Under the pieces are notes generated by a model that was not told the origin of the DNA, ran no database searches, and saw only the letters and a program-made list of their open reading frames with translations. A stretch of 63,289 nt of DNA, filler included, from Octopus bimaculoides (Eukaryota), in NCBI RefSeq assembly GCF_001194135.2. It is 7 parts of 7 records of this genome, joined end to end, with 100 filler letters (N's around TTAATTAATTAA, not from the genome) between each part and the next. Parts side by side here need not be neighbours in the genome. Positions count along the whole stretch, not along the records: positions 1 to 23,522 come from NC_068982.1; positions 23,623 to 50,058 come from NC_068985.1; 5 more parts are not named here. One strand, 5' to 3'. Position 1 is the stretch's first letter; each line of letters begins with the position of its first letter. The position numbers were made by a program, and so were the translations under genes. Shown one piece after another: positions 11,830 to 23,856 of this stretch.

Positions 11830-13090
11830 AAGTATAGCTCTTTTGCTGTTGGAGTTCATTATCTGAGTTGACAAATGATATTCTCTTAAAATGTCCTTTT
11901 AATTACTTTTGGTCGTAGAATGGTATAGCATATAGCACATGAAAATAATGGTTATTTTGTTTAGTAAGAAAATATTCAGCTCAGTCGCATTCATCATGAT
12001 CCAGATCACATTTCCAGTATGCCTAAAGCTACAAAGTTTTCCAAAATTGAGCAAGAAAAGATTCTTGCTCTGAAAGCAAAAGGAATGAGTAACTGGAAGA
12101 TTGCTGAGAAGATTCGGTGAAGCAGAACAAAAGTGGAGAATTTTCTGAAAGACACTGATAAGCTACAACAGGGTTCATGCTGGTGGAAGTACTAAGGCTA
12201 CATCAGAGGGATGAAAGGGCCATTGTCAGAGCTGTGAAGAAGTTACACTGCTCTTCTGTTTTCAAAATAAAGGCATCAGTAGGAGTAGGAGCCTCACCAT
12301 TCACTGTGTAATTTTGAACTATGGTTTCCACTTGAAGAAGCGGCTGGGACATCCGTTATTCTCCCTTTTCCACAAAGCAGTTAGATTCAAATGTTTTTAG
12401 TAGCATCAGACGTGGGATGGTAAATAGAACAGGGTTCTATTCTCCGATGAGAAAAAATGGAATTTGGATGGCCCTGATGGTTATAAGTATTACTGGGCAG
12501 ATAAATGTATACAAAATTTTACTTATTTCAAGCGGCAGAATAGTAGAGGAGGTTTGTCATGCGGGGAGCAATATTTGCCGTTGGGGAGCTGCCACTTGTC
12601 ATCATGGATGGCCATTTCAATGCTGCATGTTACATCAATATGTTGGATGAGGCTCACATTGATAAAAAAAGGAAGAAGGTTCTGTGGCAAGAATTTTATA
12701 TTTCAACAGGACAGTGCTTCTATTCCTAAAGCAAAGGCAACTTTGGATTTCTACCAAGCAATCAAGGTTCAAGTCATGCCATGGCCAGCAAGAATTCCCA
12801 ATCTTAATCTCATATAGAATGCTCATGAACATTATGTATACTGAAGGCCAGCAGTATTCATCTGTTGATGAACTCAAAACAGCAATAAAGAAGGCCTGGG
12901 AAGAGCTTCCACTTGATCTGTTGCAGAAGTTGATTGATTGCATGAAATCATGTGTTTTTGAAGTAATTCAGAAAGGTGGTGGTCAAACACACTATTGTTG
13001 ATGTATTGCATGAGAATATCATTGAAATATATCATTTTTGCAGCATTATTCAACATAGTGTTATGGTTTTGAACAGGGGGTTTCTGGCTC
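11830..13090 (+). mobile_element. Tc1/Tc3-like transposon with degraded transposase (12019-13001)
   Basis: MPKATKFSKIEQEKILALK.., [50 protein letters not shown]. Several stops and frameshifts; TIRs not identified. Confidence 0.85.
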
Positions 13091-13532
13091 TGTATGTTTT
13101 TTTTTTAATTATTATCTAATTTATTTTGAGATTTCAGTAAATTTGAATGTTGCAATGCTTTCTATTTTATATCCTATAAAGAGGCAAGTTTCATGAATTT
13201 GGGTAGTATATTTCGCCAGAAAAACAGACAGAGCTCTGGCTTTATAAATTGGTTTTACAAACAGTTTAATAGTCAATTGCCCAACAATATTCTCAAGTTA
13301 AATTTTTTGATCAAATGAATAAATTTATTGATTTCAGGGCTGAGTTTCTCCACATGTCTGAGAACATCCCACAAAAATGAGACAACAATTATCAAGTATT
13401 CAGAACGCTCTGTTCTATCTATTTGAAACTAAATACATTGCTTCATTGGGATTTAAATATTTTGGCAACAGATAAAAGAGAGAAAATAACCTTAAGCAGA
13501 AGTGAGCATATTTGAAATATTTCTCTCTTTCT

Positions 13533-13570
<38 letters not shown>

Positions 13571-15289
13571 CCCTCTCGCTCTCTCTCTTTCTTTCCTTCT
13601 TTTCCCTTTCTCTCTAAATAACGATGCACCTCATGTATTATTTGGTTTCTTTCCAATATTTAAAAAATATTCTGATGCTTTCCCCTATGGAAAACATCTT
13701 GCCATTTTTTTTTATTTTTGTCAATAAAAATGATTACACCATTTCTCACAAATCAAGATCAAAATAGAAATATTTATATAATGTCTGTAGATATTGATGG
13801 GATTAAAGCCATGTGTTTGGTTTAAGATAGAGTTGGAACAAATCCAGAAATTGTCCAAGCAATACATTACTAGAGATTTGCACAAAGCATATGGCCCATT
13901 CTAAATTTGTTCTTAATACAACTATACAGATTTACTTAAGAGTCAAAATAAAATAGAAACATGCCAAGCTTTCTTAATAGAAGTAATGTTATTAAGAAAT
14001 AAGAGTCGCAGTTGGTTAAGTGTCAAGTAGTTTAGCTGCTTGTCTGCATTGCTCAGTTCAACTAAAATCATAAAGATGCCAAGAATAGTAACTGATCGCT
14101 AAAATAGAAAACAAGACAAGGATAAAATCTTTCATGGCTGAATAAGAGAAGGCCAGTACTCATAATAGATTTCAGGGCCTCTGAGACTGCTGGGTGGAAT
14201 CAAGGAAACTATTCTCATACCTTGAATTATTGCTATAAAGCAGTCTCCACTAGAGGCACCGAAGAGCCAGCTGGTACTGTTCAATTGGGCAACAAAATAG
14301 GTCTTGCACGAAAGAACAGGAATGGTTTCCATCAGAAACCTTCATCCACCAAGTTTCACCTCCAAGGCTTTGGTTGACTAGAAGCTATGGTTAAAAAAAC
14401 ACATATCTAAGGTGCCGTGCAGCGGAATTCAACAATACGAAGCTATTAATACTTCCTTAACTACAAAGTTATATCTGCACTTGAAATATGAATATAGAAA
14501 TAAATCATCTAAATGGTCAAATAATGTGATAGTAGAAAGTTGCCATTGCTTTTTATTGATCTTGATTATGAAAGACGAAGTTGACTGCAGTGAGATCTGA
14601 ACTCAAGACAAAAGATGTATTGAATACGTGGTCAGCTACATTCTTGTATCTTTCATCGAAATTTGAAGTAAGAAGCAAGAGAGGCAAACTTAAAACTTTA
14701 GAAAAAGCAGATATATTAGAGTGTTACCCAAATGCTTGTGGCAATTATTCAACCTCTTTGCATTGTGAATTCAAATCTCACTAAGGTCCACTTTACCTTT
14801 CATCCTTTCCAAGATTTATGAACAAAATTCCAGTCAAGTATTAGGGACATTTTTTTCGTCGATCTTTCTCTTAGAGAATAACTTGATGTTTCTTTCTTTC
14901 GAAAAATTATATACTTTCCTTAAAGAAATATCCACACTAGGGCATTAGAATAGTGTTATAATATAGCAAACAGTCTCCATACAGTACGCTTGGATGGAAG
15001 GATTGGCTGAGTATAGGTGTAATATGTTTGCTGTGAAAAAAAGGTTTTCACAATTCCATGTCCCACTAAAAAAAAAGAAGGGGAATCCCACGCCCCACTA
15101 CAATTTTAGTGTGTCCCATGTTGGGAATCATTGCTTTATACTTTTGAGTACACATTTCTTATTTTTCAAAAAGAATATTATTGACAATGACTTTGAAGTT
15201 TTGGCCAACTAAGCCATCATCGGACTATGCATTGATGGCTTAGCTGACTGAAACTTTGATGTCACTGTCAACAATATTCTTGTTTAAGA

Positions 15290-15472
15290 ATTATATATAA
15301 TTTGGTGTATCTGGGGAAAGTCATTCTATTTTAATGCCTTATTAATTAACACACTCACCGGTTCGATTTCCACTCATTTACATTTTTTCTTCTAAAATTT
15401 TCATTGCTTCTTGCAACCTCTTCAATAGTTGTTGATTCTTGAAGAGGTTGCAAGAAGCAATGAAAATTTTAG
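15290..15472. mobile_element. PLE terminal repeat (same family as 1955-2120) ending in a perfect 34-bp inverted repeat
   Basis: 15392-15425 is the exact reverse complement of 15439-15472; runs into an N gap. Confidence 0.75.
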
Positions 15473-15774
15473 NNNNNNNNNNNNNNNNNNNNNNNNNNNN
15501 NNNNNNNNNNNNNNNNNNNNNNNNNNNNNNNNNNNNNNNNNNNNNNNNNNNNNNNNNNNNNNNNNNNNNNNNNNNNNNNNNNNNNNNNNNNNNNNNNNNN
15601 NNNNNNNNNNNNNNNNNNNNNNNNNNNNNNNNNNNNNNNNNNNNNNNNNNNNNNNNNNNNNNNNNNNNNNNNNNNNNNNNNNNNNNNNNNNNNNNNNNNN
15701 NNNNNNNNNNNNNNNNNNNNNNNTATATATATATATATATGTATGTATGTATGTATATATGTATGTATGTATGT

Positions 15775-15809
<35 letters not shown>

Positions 15810-15824
15810 TAGATATAATGTTTG

Positions 15825-16020
15825 TGTGTCTGTCCCCACACCATCATTTGACAACCAATGCTGGTGTGTTTACGTTGCCGTAACTTAGCGCTTCAGCAAA
15901 AGAGACCGATAGAATAAGTATTAGGCTTACAAAGAATAAGTCCTGGGGGCAATTCGATTGACTAAAGGCAGTGCTCCAGCATGGCCACAGACAAATTACT
16001 GAAACCAGTAAAAGAATAAA
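15825..16020 (+). mobile_element. SINE family C 3' tail
   Basis: gacaacc..gtaacttagcg..gatagaataagta..gcagtgctccagcatggccacag..gaaac. Confidence 0.75.
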
Positions 16021-16673
16021 TGAATAGATAAGTAAATGAGTGGAAATCACACACACACACACACACACACACATGCACACACACAAACATCCATTTCATA
16101 TACACATTCATACATCTTTCACTTTCTCCTCTTTTTCACTTTAAAACAAAAATAACAAAAGTAACAGGTGATTTTCAGGATAAAAATTATTAAAAACAAA
16201 GCTTCTACTCATGTAAATTGATTACTATTGTTTGGATAGTTCCAATAAGTCCAGAAGTTAAATTAAGTATATATACATGCATAAGTAGTGTGAATTCTCA
16301 TTCTACAAAATGGCAAACGATTCCGTGAATACTTTATCGTGCAATGCAGAGTAGTTAGTATAGTATGTGTGTGTGTGGGTGGGTGGGGGTGTTAAATGGA
16401 TATGTAGGTAAACAGATGGATAGATACATACATACATACATACATACATACATACATACATACGTACATGCATGCATGCATACAAACATAGATACATACA
16501 TACATACATAGATACATACATGCATACATACATACATAGGTAATATGGATAGACAAGCACACACACACACATACACACATACATATACAAATGAAGACAA
16601 ACACATGACCATATACACACACACACAAAAACACAAGCATGAATATGCAGAATACATACATATATACAAACGT

Positions 16674-16726
<53 letters not shown>

Positions 16727-16810
16727 GGCATACACAACTCAAAACATGCACACACAAGGAAACAGAGGTACACACACAAATACAAACATGAACACACAAA
16801 CATATTAATA

Positions 16811-17037
16811 GGCGACGAGCTGGCAGAAACGTTAGCATGCCGGGCAAAATGCTTAGCAGTATTTTGTCTGCCGCTACATTCTGAGTTCAAATTCCGCCGA
16901 GGTCGACTTTGCCTTTCATCCTTTCGGGGTCGATTAAATAAGTACCAGTTACGCACTGGGGTCGATATAATCGACTTAATCTGTTTGTCTGTCTTTGTTT
17001 GTCCCCTCTGTGTATACCCCCTTGTGAGCAATAAAGA
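16811..17037 (+). mobile_element. SINE family A (alternative tail)
   Basis: ggcgacgagctggcagaaacgttag A box, gagttcaaattcc B box, tail ttaatctgtttgtctgtc. Confidence 0.85.
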
Positions 17038-17212
17038 TATAACAAACATATTAATATGCAGAATACATACATATATACATACATACAAACATACATACAT
17101 ACAAACATACACACACATACATATATATATATGCATACACACACACACACATACATACATACATACATACATACATGCATGCATACATACATGCATACAT
17201 GCCTACATGCCT

Positions 17213-18776
17213 ACATCTGGCAAAGGCACCTACTACCTTAATTACTGCTATAGAGAGACTCACAAAGACATGGACAACTATTCTAATCCTTACAACTGAG
17301 AACAGAATAACTGTTTCTAATACTATAGGCGTTACAAAGGAAATTTTCCAGGGAGATAGTCTTTCTGGACTTCTTTTCATTTTGGCCCTGAATCCATTAT
17401 CGTTCCTCCTGCAAAAAAACAAATGGTTACATGCTAGGTTCTTCAACTGCTAGAGATATCAATGTAACTCAGAATTTCTTAGCAGATGACCTGAAGATTT
17501 ATGCTAAAAGTGTTAACAATGCCAAAAAAACAAATGGAATTAATAACAACATTTTCAGCTGATATAGGCATGAAATTTGGTCAGCAGAGATGTTCATATT
17601 TGGTTATAGAACGAGGAAGGTCAGTCCCCCAAACCCAAAACTTGTGCATCAACAGTCTCTCTATCTCCCCCATTCCACACAAAAACTGTTACAAGTACAA
17701 GTACAAATGTTACATAGACGAAAGTGTATCATATGAAGGCACTGTGAATAAAGATAGAGTGACCTGGGAACATTACACCAGACTTAGGAAAATGTGACAG
17801 TCAGAACTCTCCTCTTACAACAAAGCAATATTCTACAATGCATTTGCAGTACCAGTGCCGATCCTAATATTTGAGATACTTGATTGGGCTGTAGAGGAAA
17901 TCCACTCCATAGATATCAAAACCCACAGAATCTGGACAACAACTGGGAATTTCCACAGAAACAGTAATGTTGAAAGGCTCTATCTAAGAAGAAATGAAGG
18001 TGGTAGAGGCCTGAGATCAGTGCAGGCGGCCTTCGAATGCCATATGGTATCACTCAGGCAGCACCTGCTAAACAACAACAGCAAAAACAAATATATTAAC
18101 GCAATCCTCAAAGGCGAAGTGTGCAACATTGTACGAGTTGGCAGTGGATTCCTCATGAAACACTCTCTTCCTGATGATCTATACAGCCCCAAAACAGCTG
18201 CACTCTCTTACCTCAGAGAAGACTTGGATGGAAAGCTCTCAGCATACAAAAAAAAAAGACCATGCATGGGTATGTTGTCCGAAAACTTGAAGAAGACAGT
18301 AGAATTGACATAAAGCGCAGCCTCTCTTGGACACAGGATCACTACATCACATCACATTTTGAAGGCTATGCATTTACAATCCAGGAACAGGAGATTACCT
18401 GGTGAACAAGAGAGACAGTGATGCTCTTGTAATCCCAAGGTGCAACCACATGTGTAGGCTATGTCCATGTTTCTGTGGAAGACATTATGCCTGTGATTAG
18501 CAGTTATCCTAAAATGTTGTCACGGTACTATCTCCCTATGCGGCATGATGTTGTTGCTAAAATAATTTACAATGCCATCCGTAAAAAAGACTGTCCTTAA
18601 ATAAACTTAGAAAATACTTCTGCTATGGAATACATTCATAAATACCAACACAAGGAATACTGGTGGAATATTCCCATCAAAACTTCTGTCAAATGTAAGC
18701 ATCATAGGCCAGATGTTGTTGTTTGGGATAGAGGGGTAAATGTATGTACCATCATAAAGGTTAGCTGTCCTGAAGA
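17213..18776 (+). mobile_element. R4/Dong-like RLE retrotransposon, RT-to-endonuclease fragment (pseudogenised)
   Basis: IFQGDSLSGLLFILALNPL, LADDLKIYAK, IGMKFG, RLYLRRNEGGRGL, CRLC..EDI..ISS, RHDVVAK, WWNIPIKT..RPDVVVWD. Confidence 0.88.
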
Positions 18777-19145
18777 TATATATATATATATATATATNNN
18801 NNNNNNNNNNNNNNNNNNNNNNNNNNNNNNNNNNNNNNNNNNNNNNNNNNNNNNNNNNNNNNNNNNNNNNNNNNNNNNNNNNNNNNNNNNNNNNNNNNNN
18901 NNNNNNNNNNNNNNNNNNNNNNNNNNNNNNNNNNNNNNNNNNNNNNNNNNNNNNNNNNNNNNNNNNNNNNNNNNNNNNNNNNNNNNNNNNNNNNNNNNNN
19001 NNNNNNNNNNNNNNNNNNNNNNNNNNNNNNNNNNNNNNNNNNNNNNNNNNNNNNNNNNNNNNNNNNNNNNNNNNNNNNNNNNNACCTCGGCATCCGAAAC
19101 TCAGAGTTTTATTATGGCTACCGAATAAGTGCCACATGTTTTTAC

Positions 19146-19184
<39 letters not shown>

Positions 19185-19620
19185 AGAAAGTTCAGATATA
19201 GGAAATATAGAAATAACAGCTAAGTGGTGGCTATCAGTCATGTGGCGTAGAGAAATAGACGGATATAGCAATGACGTGAATGGCTTTAAGTCTAATTGAC
19301 TACGAAGCAAAGAGTAGGGTTAGTGAGCTGTTTTTATTAATGGAACGCTAGACATTCTAGAAACTTCCAAGGGGAAATGCTAAACTTCTTGAATAACTAA
19401 GAATCATGTCTCATGACACAGATGCTTCGAGAAACTTAGAAAGGGAGGTTACTCGATAATCTTTCTTGGAAGGGGGATCATTCAACTATCTAGCTACCGC
19501 TACACCTCCTTTCACACTAATGAAAAGGAAATGTATAGATAACTAGACAGACAGATTAGCTGAATAAAGAAACTTGGTGATAGAAAATATTTTGAAAGAG
19601 TGAGATTTAAAAGAAAAGAA

Positions 19621-20898
19621 GATCAATATACATTTTAAGACCAGGACACGAAAACAAAAAAACAAAAAACAGCCAACTAGGTGTAAAAAAAAATGTGTAG
19701 AAAACGGATATGAAAACAAAGATTTGCGCAAACGAACGAGGTGGGATGGTGGGGGAGGACTTTCGGAAAATTCACAAGATCCGAATTTTCCTTCATAACT
19801 TTCAGGAAAATGAATATATATTAGTGCAATTTTACAGGAACACCTTTTAAACAGCACATATTACGATTATAAGGAAATTCTTGGGGAAAGTGGTTTCTGA
19901 AGGGGTGGGGAGAGGACTGTCGGAAAATTCACACGATCCGTCTTTAACTCTCATAACTTTCAGGAATTAGTTTAGCACCCGGTCACCAAAACGAAAAAAA
20001 AATTCTAATAGGTGTAAAAAAAAAAAAAAAACGTGTAGTAAACGAATATAAAAACAAAAATTTGCGCAAACGAACGAGACGTGGGTAGGAGAGAGCAAAA
20101 TTCATACGATCCGATTTTTCTCTTCATAACTTTCAGGATAATGGATACCTTTTAGTGAAATTTTACAGAAGCACCTTTCAAACGGCATAGATTACGATTA
20201 TAAAGAAATTTATGGCGGAAACGTTTTCCGAAGGGGTGGAGAGAGGACATTGAAACCAGGATGCAAAAATGCCTCACCCTAACAATTTTGAAGATAGCAC
20301 CCAGAGAAAAAATACACACACAAAACACTGAAAGACTTTGGAGAGACATAAAAGAAACAATGAAAGAGCCACGAATTCGATCAAAACATCTGCAACGATA
20401 TCTTGCAAGGTATTTATTTATAACTTCTCAACATGAAGAAAGTCTGTTGCACAAGTTCTTCAGTTCTTCATAGAGGCAGCCAAGTTATACCTTCCTCTCT
20501 CGAATCGTTGTCGTCAAATAATTACCAACCAAGATGAAAGTATGTACAACAAATTTTGGGTCATCTTTCGATACAAGTACTGAAACTAATGTAAATAAAT
20601 TGATGACATATATATACAGCTTGTCGCGGTATTTAAAATCTGGTGAATCCAAGAACTCACTAGGTTTAAATAGAGCCAATATCTTCCAAAGAGAGAGAGA
20701 GAGGGGGGGAGAAAGGGAGAGGTGTTGTGTATGTGTGTAGGGGAAGTGCCGACTTGATGTAAATAAAGAGATGACAGAAAAAGGATTAGGATCGAAAGAT
20801 CGCCAAATTTTTGTTTTCATATTCGTTTTCCACACAGTTTTTAACACCTACTAGGCTGATTTTTTTTTCTCGACTGGGTCTTAAACTGTATATTGACC
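19621..20898 (+). mobile_element. Internally deleted Merlin/IS1595-like DNA transposon
   Basis: Imperfect TIRs of about 105 bp (gatcaatatac.. / ..gtatattgacc). ORF 20261-20473 has HTQNTERLWRDIK..HLQRYLARYLF, the ISXO2/Merlin C-terminal motif. Subterminal segment of about 330 bp is duplicated (19670-19960 vs 20005-20250). Confidence 0.75.
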
Positions 20899-20965
20899 AA
20901 AAAAAAAAAAAATACAGAGTAAATCAAATAGTGAATCAGAGAAGAAAATGAAAGTATTATCTTAC

Positions 20966-21041
20966 CTGCAGTATTAAGAAATGCATCATGGTTGGGGATT
21001 TCATCATCAATTTGTTCCCATTTTCCAACAAAACTTTCCAT
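20966..21041 (-). CDS. FABP/iLBP-like gene, coding exon 1 (MESFVGKWEQIDDEIPNHDAFLNTA-G)
   Basis: ATG at 21041. GKW motif and N-x-D-A-F-L helix typical of FABP N-termini. Ends GCA G|gtaaga, a phase-1 donor. 76 bp, matching the usual FABP exon 1 size. Confidence 0.88.
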
Positions 21042-21325
21042 CTTAAATTTGTGTTATGAGAAAACAAACACCCACTTTAATCGCTCGAAAGTTTTCCTTC
21101 TTTCAATGATATGCTAACACTTAGGCTATAAATGGGTGAATGAGTTCCTGGAGTGCTGCCCGATAAAGTGTTTTCACAAACCGGATTTAAATTATATTTA
21201 GATCAGTAAAAAAAATAAAGAAATAAAATAAGGCATCGCACACAAGCATAACATTAATGTATATATGTATGTGTATGTGTACGTCTAATGGTGGATTGGT
21301 GGACGCTGGACGGTTGATTGACGCG

Positions 21326-22115
21326 AGCTGGCAGTTATGGAGGCGTCGGACAAGATTTGCACTATCTGACCTGGCTCCCTGCGTCCTGAGTTCAAATTCC
21401 GCAGCAATTCAACTTTGCTTTTCGTCCTTTCCCGGTCAATAAATAAAATGCGAGGTCAGTGCCGGTGTCGACACTTCCCCTACACACATACACATCACTT
21501 CTCTCTTTCTCTCTCTCACTCTCTTTCTCTCTCTCTCACTCTCTTTCTCTCACTCTCTCTCTCTCTCACTCTCTTTCTCTCACTCTCTCTCTCTCTCTCT
21601 TTGGAAGATTATTGACTCTATTTAAACCTAGTGAGTTCTTGGATTCACCAGATTTAAAATACCGCGACAAGCTGTATATTACGACGGCGTCCCTGATGAC
21701 AACGAGTAGTTAAGAAACCCCTTCCTTTCTCAATATCTAATATCTTTATGTAACGGTTGTAAGATGAATGGTAGATGTCGAGTAACCAGAATGTGATGGA
21801 TGCTGTATGATCGGTGCAGTGGTGATGGGCATAAATGACAAGAAATAATAACAGTTAAATTGGCTTTTATTTACTGTGACATTATACACAACTGTTTTGA
21901 GTTGTCAATATATAGACGTCTGTTTCCGCCAAGGCCGACTTTGCCTTTCATCTTTTCGGAATCGATAAAATAAGTACCAGTTGAGCACTGGAGTCGATGT
22001 AATCGACTTACCCCCTCCTTTGAAATTGTTAGTTTTGTGCCAAAATTTGAAACCAATATATAAAAGATTGTTAAGGCGGCGTGCTGGCAGAATCGTTAGC
22101 AAGCCGGACAATCTG
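21326..22115 (+). mobile_element. Cluster of SINE A fragments (21326-21455, 21925-22055, 22074-22115)
   Basis: SINE A head and middle motifs. Confidence 0.7.
21467..21679 (-). repeat. Inverted copy of Merlin internal segment 20612-20753 with expanded (CT)n
   Basis: gtcgacacttcccctacacac..ttggaaga..aaacctagtgagttcttggattcaccag..ccgcgacaagctgtatat is the reverse complement of 20612-20753. Confidence 0.85.
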
Positions 22116-22379
22116 CTTCTGCTGCCCATTTTGTAAGCAACTCTGGTCATTTTCGTCTACTGTTACGCGACCGAAAAAGGAGAGAACGTAAGAGAATTTA
22201 CTTCTTTGAAAGTTGTCGAGCGAAAAGGTTAAGAGATGTTTGTTACTTCGGTGACATATCTTCTTTCACTGGCAGTGCTGAAGAAAGAAAACAAACATGT
22301 ACCTCCGGGTAAAAAAGAATTCTACTTAGTGTTCTGTATTTATAATAATTTCCTAGATAAAGTAGGTCAGGGGAACAGG

Positions 22380-22740
22380 ATTTTTCGTGGGATGAATTAA
22401 AATTTCATCTCAGATATTAGGGAAATAGGTAAAGCTTATTTATGTTGAACGGAGTTTCACAATTGACTCACGAAAATCACTGAGTGCATTTCAAAAGAAC
22501 AAAGGAAAGAAACTAGCAGAAACATTTAAGCTGCGGTTTCAATTCCTGGTTGAGAATCCAAGAATTCTCCGAGAGAGAAGAGAGCTTCATTTGATTCAAG
22601 GACAGATGAGAAGATAGGAGGATCACGTAATCGAGAGTAAAATAAGCTGGAATGAAATGTGGAAGTGGACTACATCACGTCTAAGTTTTCTGATTCGTTC
22701 ATCCTACGTTGCCTTACTATCTTCTACAACCCTATTGATT
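22380..22740 (+). mobile_element. Degraded RLE retrotransposon fragment (HERO/NeSL-like)
   Basis: QGQM..ESKISWNEMWKW..RLSFLIRSSY resembles the QG.W..KISW..LW..RISFLIRS.YD motif. Confidence 0.45.
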
Positions 22741-22999
22741 AGCATATACTTTTATATGCTAATCAATGCTATGAAAATCATTTTCGCCATAAATCAATAA
22801 ATAAAGAGTTATTAGCTATTAAAGTTTGAAATTTTTGGGTAATCTTAGCCAATCGTAAACCACAAACATATTCATGCCTGTTTCCATAATAACAAGCCAA
22901 ACATGAGAACTTTTTTGTCTGTTAGAAAGCATGTGTTGACAAATATATTCGAGTCATTGGGGTGGTTGTCATGTGTGTTAAAAATAGCAGTCAAATAGT

Positions 23000-23247
23000 C
23001 CTTAAATAATGCACTAGGGGATGATGCGGTTTCGTTCTTGCTAGAAAAGGATGTTATAGCCAAAAGAAAATTATGCAAAACGAAGAAGCATTTTATGAGT
23101 ACAAAAAAGTGGTCGGAATATGTATTGCAATGCTCACGCCAAGGATGCATGGTGTTTGTATCAGTGAGGAAAGACACATGGTTTGAAGGTGGCACCCTTC
23201 CTCTTAGGACTCTAGTGCTTTTCCTTTACTCATTTATTACATACTAG
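23000..23247 (+). mobile_element. Merlin/IS1595-like transposase N-terminal (zinc-ribbon) fragment
   Basis: LQCSRQGC..VSVRKDTWFEGGTLPL..LVLFLY matches the C..C..SxRKGTWFEGSxL motif. Confidence 0.6.
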
Positions 23248-23522
23248 CAGTATAACCCGACCTTGTCCGGGTGTGACTTATTACGCCATCTACGATAAGT
23301 CTTGCTAGCTGAAAATCAACTAAAAAAGAAAGCCTTACAACGAAAAAACCCTTATGATGTAAATATGTTCATAATTCAAAAGACGATGAAATTAATAAGG
23401 AAAGTCTGAAGGCTGTTTTGCGTAAAATTATTAAGCATACGTAAATTTCATCTGTGTAATTGGCTATAGAAATGCTTGTGCAAAACAACATTTTGCACTG
23501 CCCTGATTATACATAGCAGGGT
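23243..23522. mobile_element. Possible non-autonomous Helitron/Helentron end
   Basis: actagcagtataacccgaccttgtccgggt terminus with short palindrome; cut by a gap. Confidence 0.35.
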
Positions 23523-23566
23523 NNNNNNNNNNNNNNNNNNNNNNNNNNNNNNNNNNNNNNNNNNNN

Positions 23567-23578
23567 TTAATTAATTAA
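23567..23578. other. Assembly linker TTAATTAATTAA between N pads (also near 50103, 55144, 56784, 58932, 62140)
   Basis: Identical six-frame-stop 12-mer flanked by N runs at six places. Confidence 0.9.
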
Positions 23579-23666
23579 NNNNNNNNNNNNNNNNNNNNNN
23601 NNNNNNNNNNNNNNNNNNNNNNTATTTACATTTGACGGATATTTGTCCTCATCTTATTTGTTGTTA

Positions 23667-23710
23667 ACACAACGTTTCGGCTGATATACCCTCCAGCCTT
23701 CATCAGGTGT
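23667..23710 (-). ncRNA. Minimal type I hammerhead ribozyme (intact core)
   Basis: acac-CTGATGA-A-GGCTG(gagggtatat)CAGCC-GAAAC-GTT-gtgt. Stem I ACAC/GTGT, stem II 5 bp, palindromic AACGTT in place of stem III. Confidence 0.7.
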
Positions 23711-23783
23711 GTTGGGGGAAATTTCGAACCTGGGTTCTCATTCCTAAGGTATTTTTTGATATTATTATTATTATTATTATTCA

Positions 23784-23856
23784 GGTCACTGCCTGGAATC
23801 GAACTCAAAATCTTGGGGTTAGTAGCCCGCGCTCTTAACCACTGCGCCATATGCCC
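23784..23856 (-). promoter_or_regulatory. tRNA-like Pol III internal promoter within PLE terminal repeat
   Basis: A box TGGCGCAGTGG, B box GTTCGATTCC, D-stem GCGC/GCGC, anticodon-like arm GGG-CTACTAA-CCC. Acceptor and T stems are poor. Confidence 0.65.

Noticed and set aside
16303-17196. Long ORFs rich in CV/YI/HT/ER/SL repeats and X runs throughout
   Set aside because: Translations of microsatellites and N gaps.
21690-21720. CTGATGA..GAAAC hammerhead-like motif
   Set aside because: Stem II is only 3 bp and offset, with no NUH triplet or stem I.
23567-23578. Recurrent TTAATTAATTAA motif
   Set aside because: Always between N pads; a scaffolding linker, not biology.
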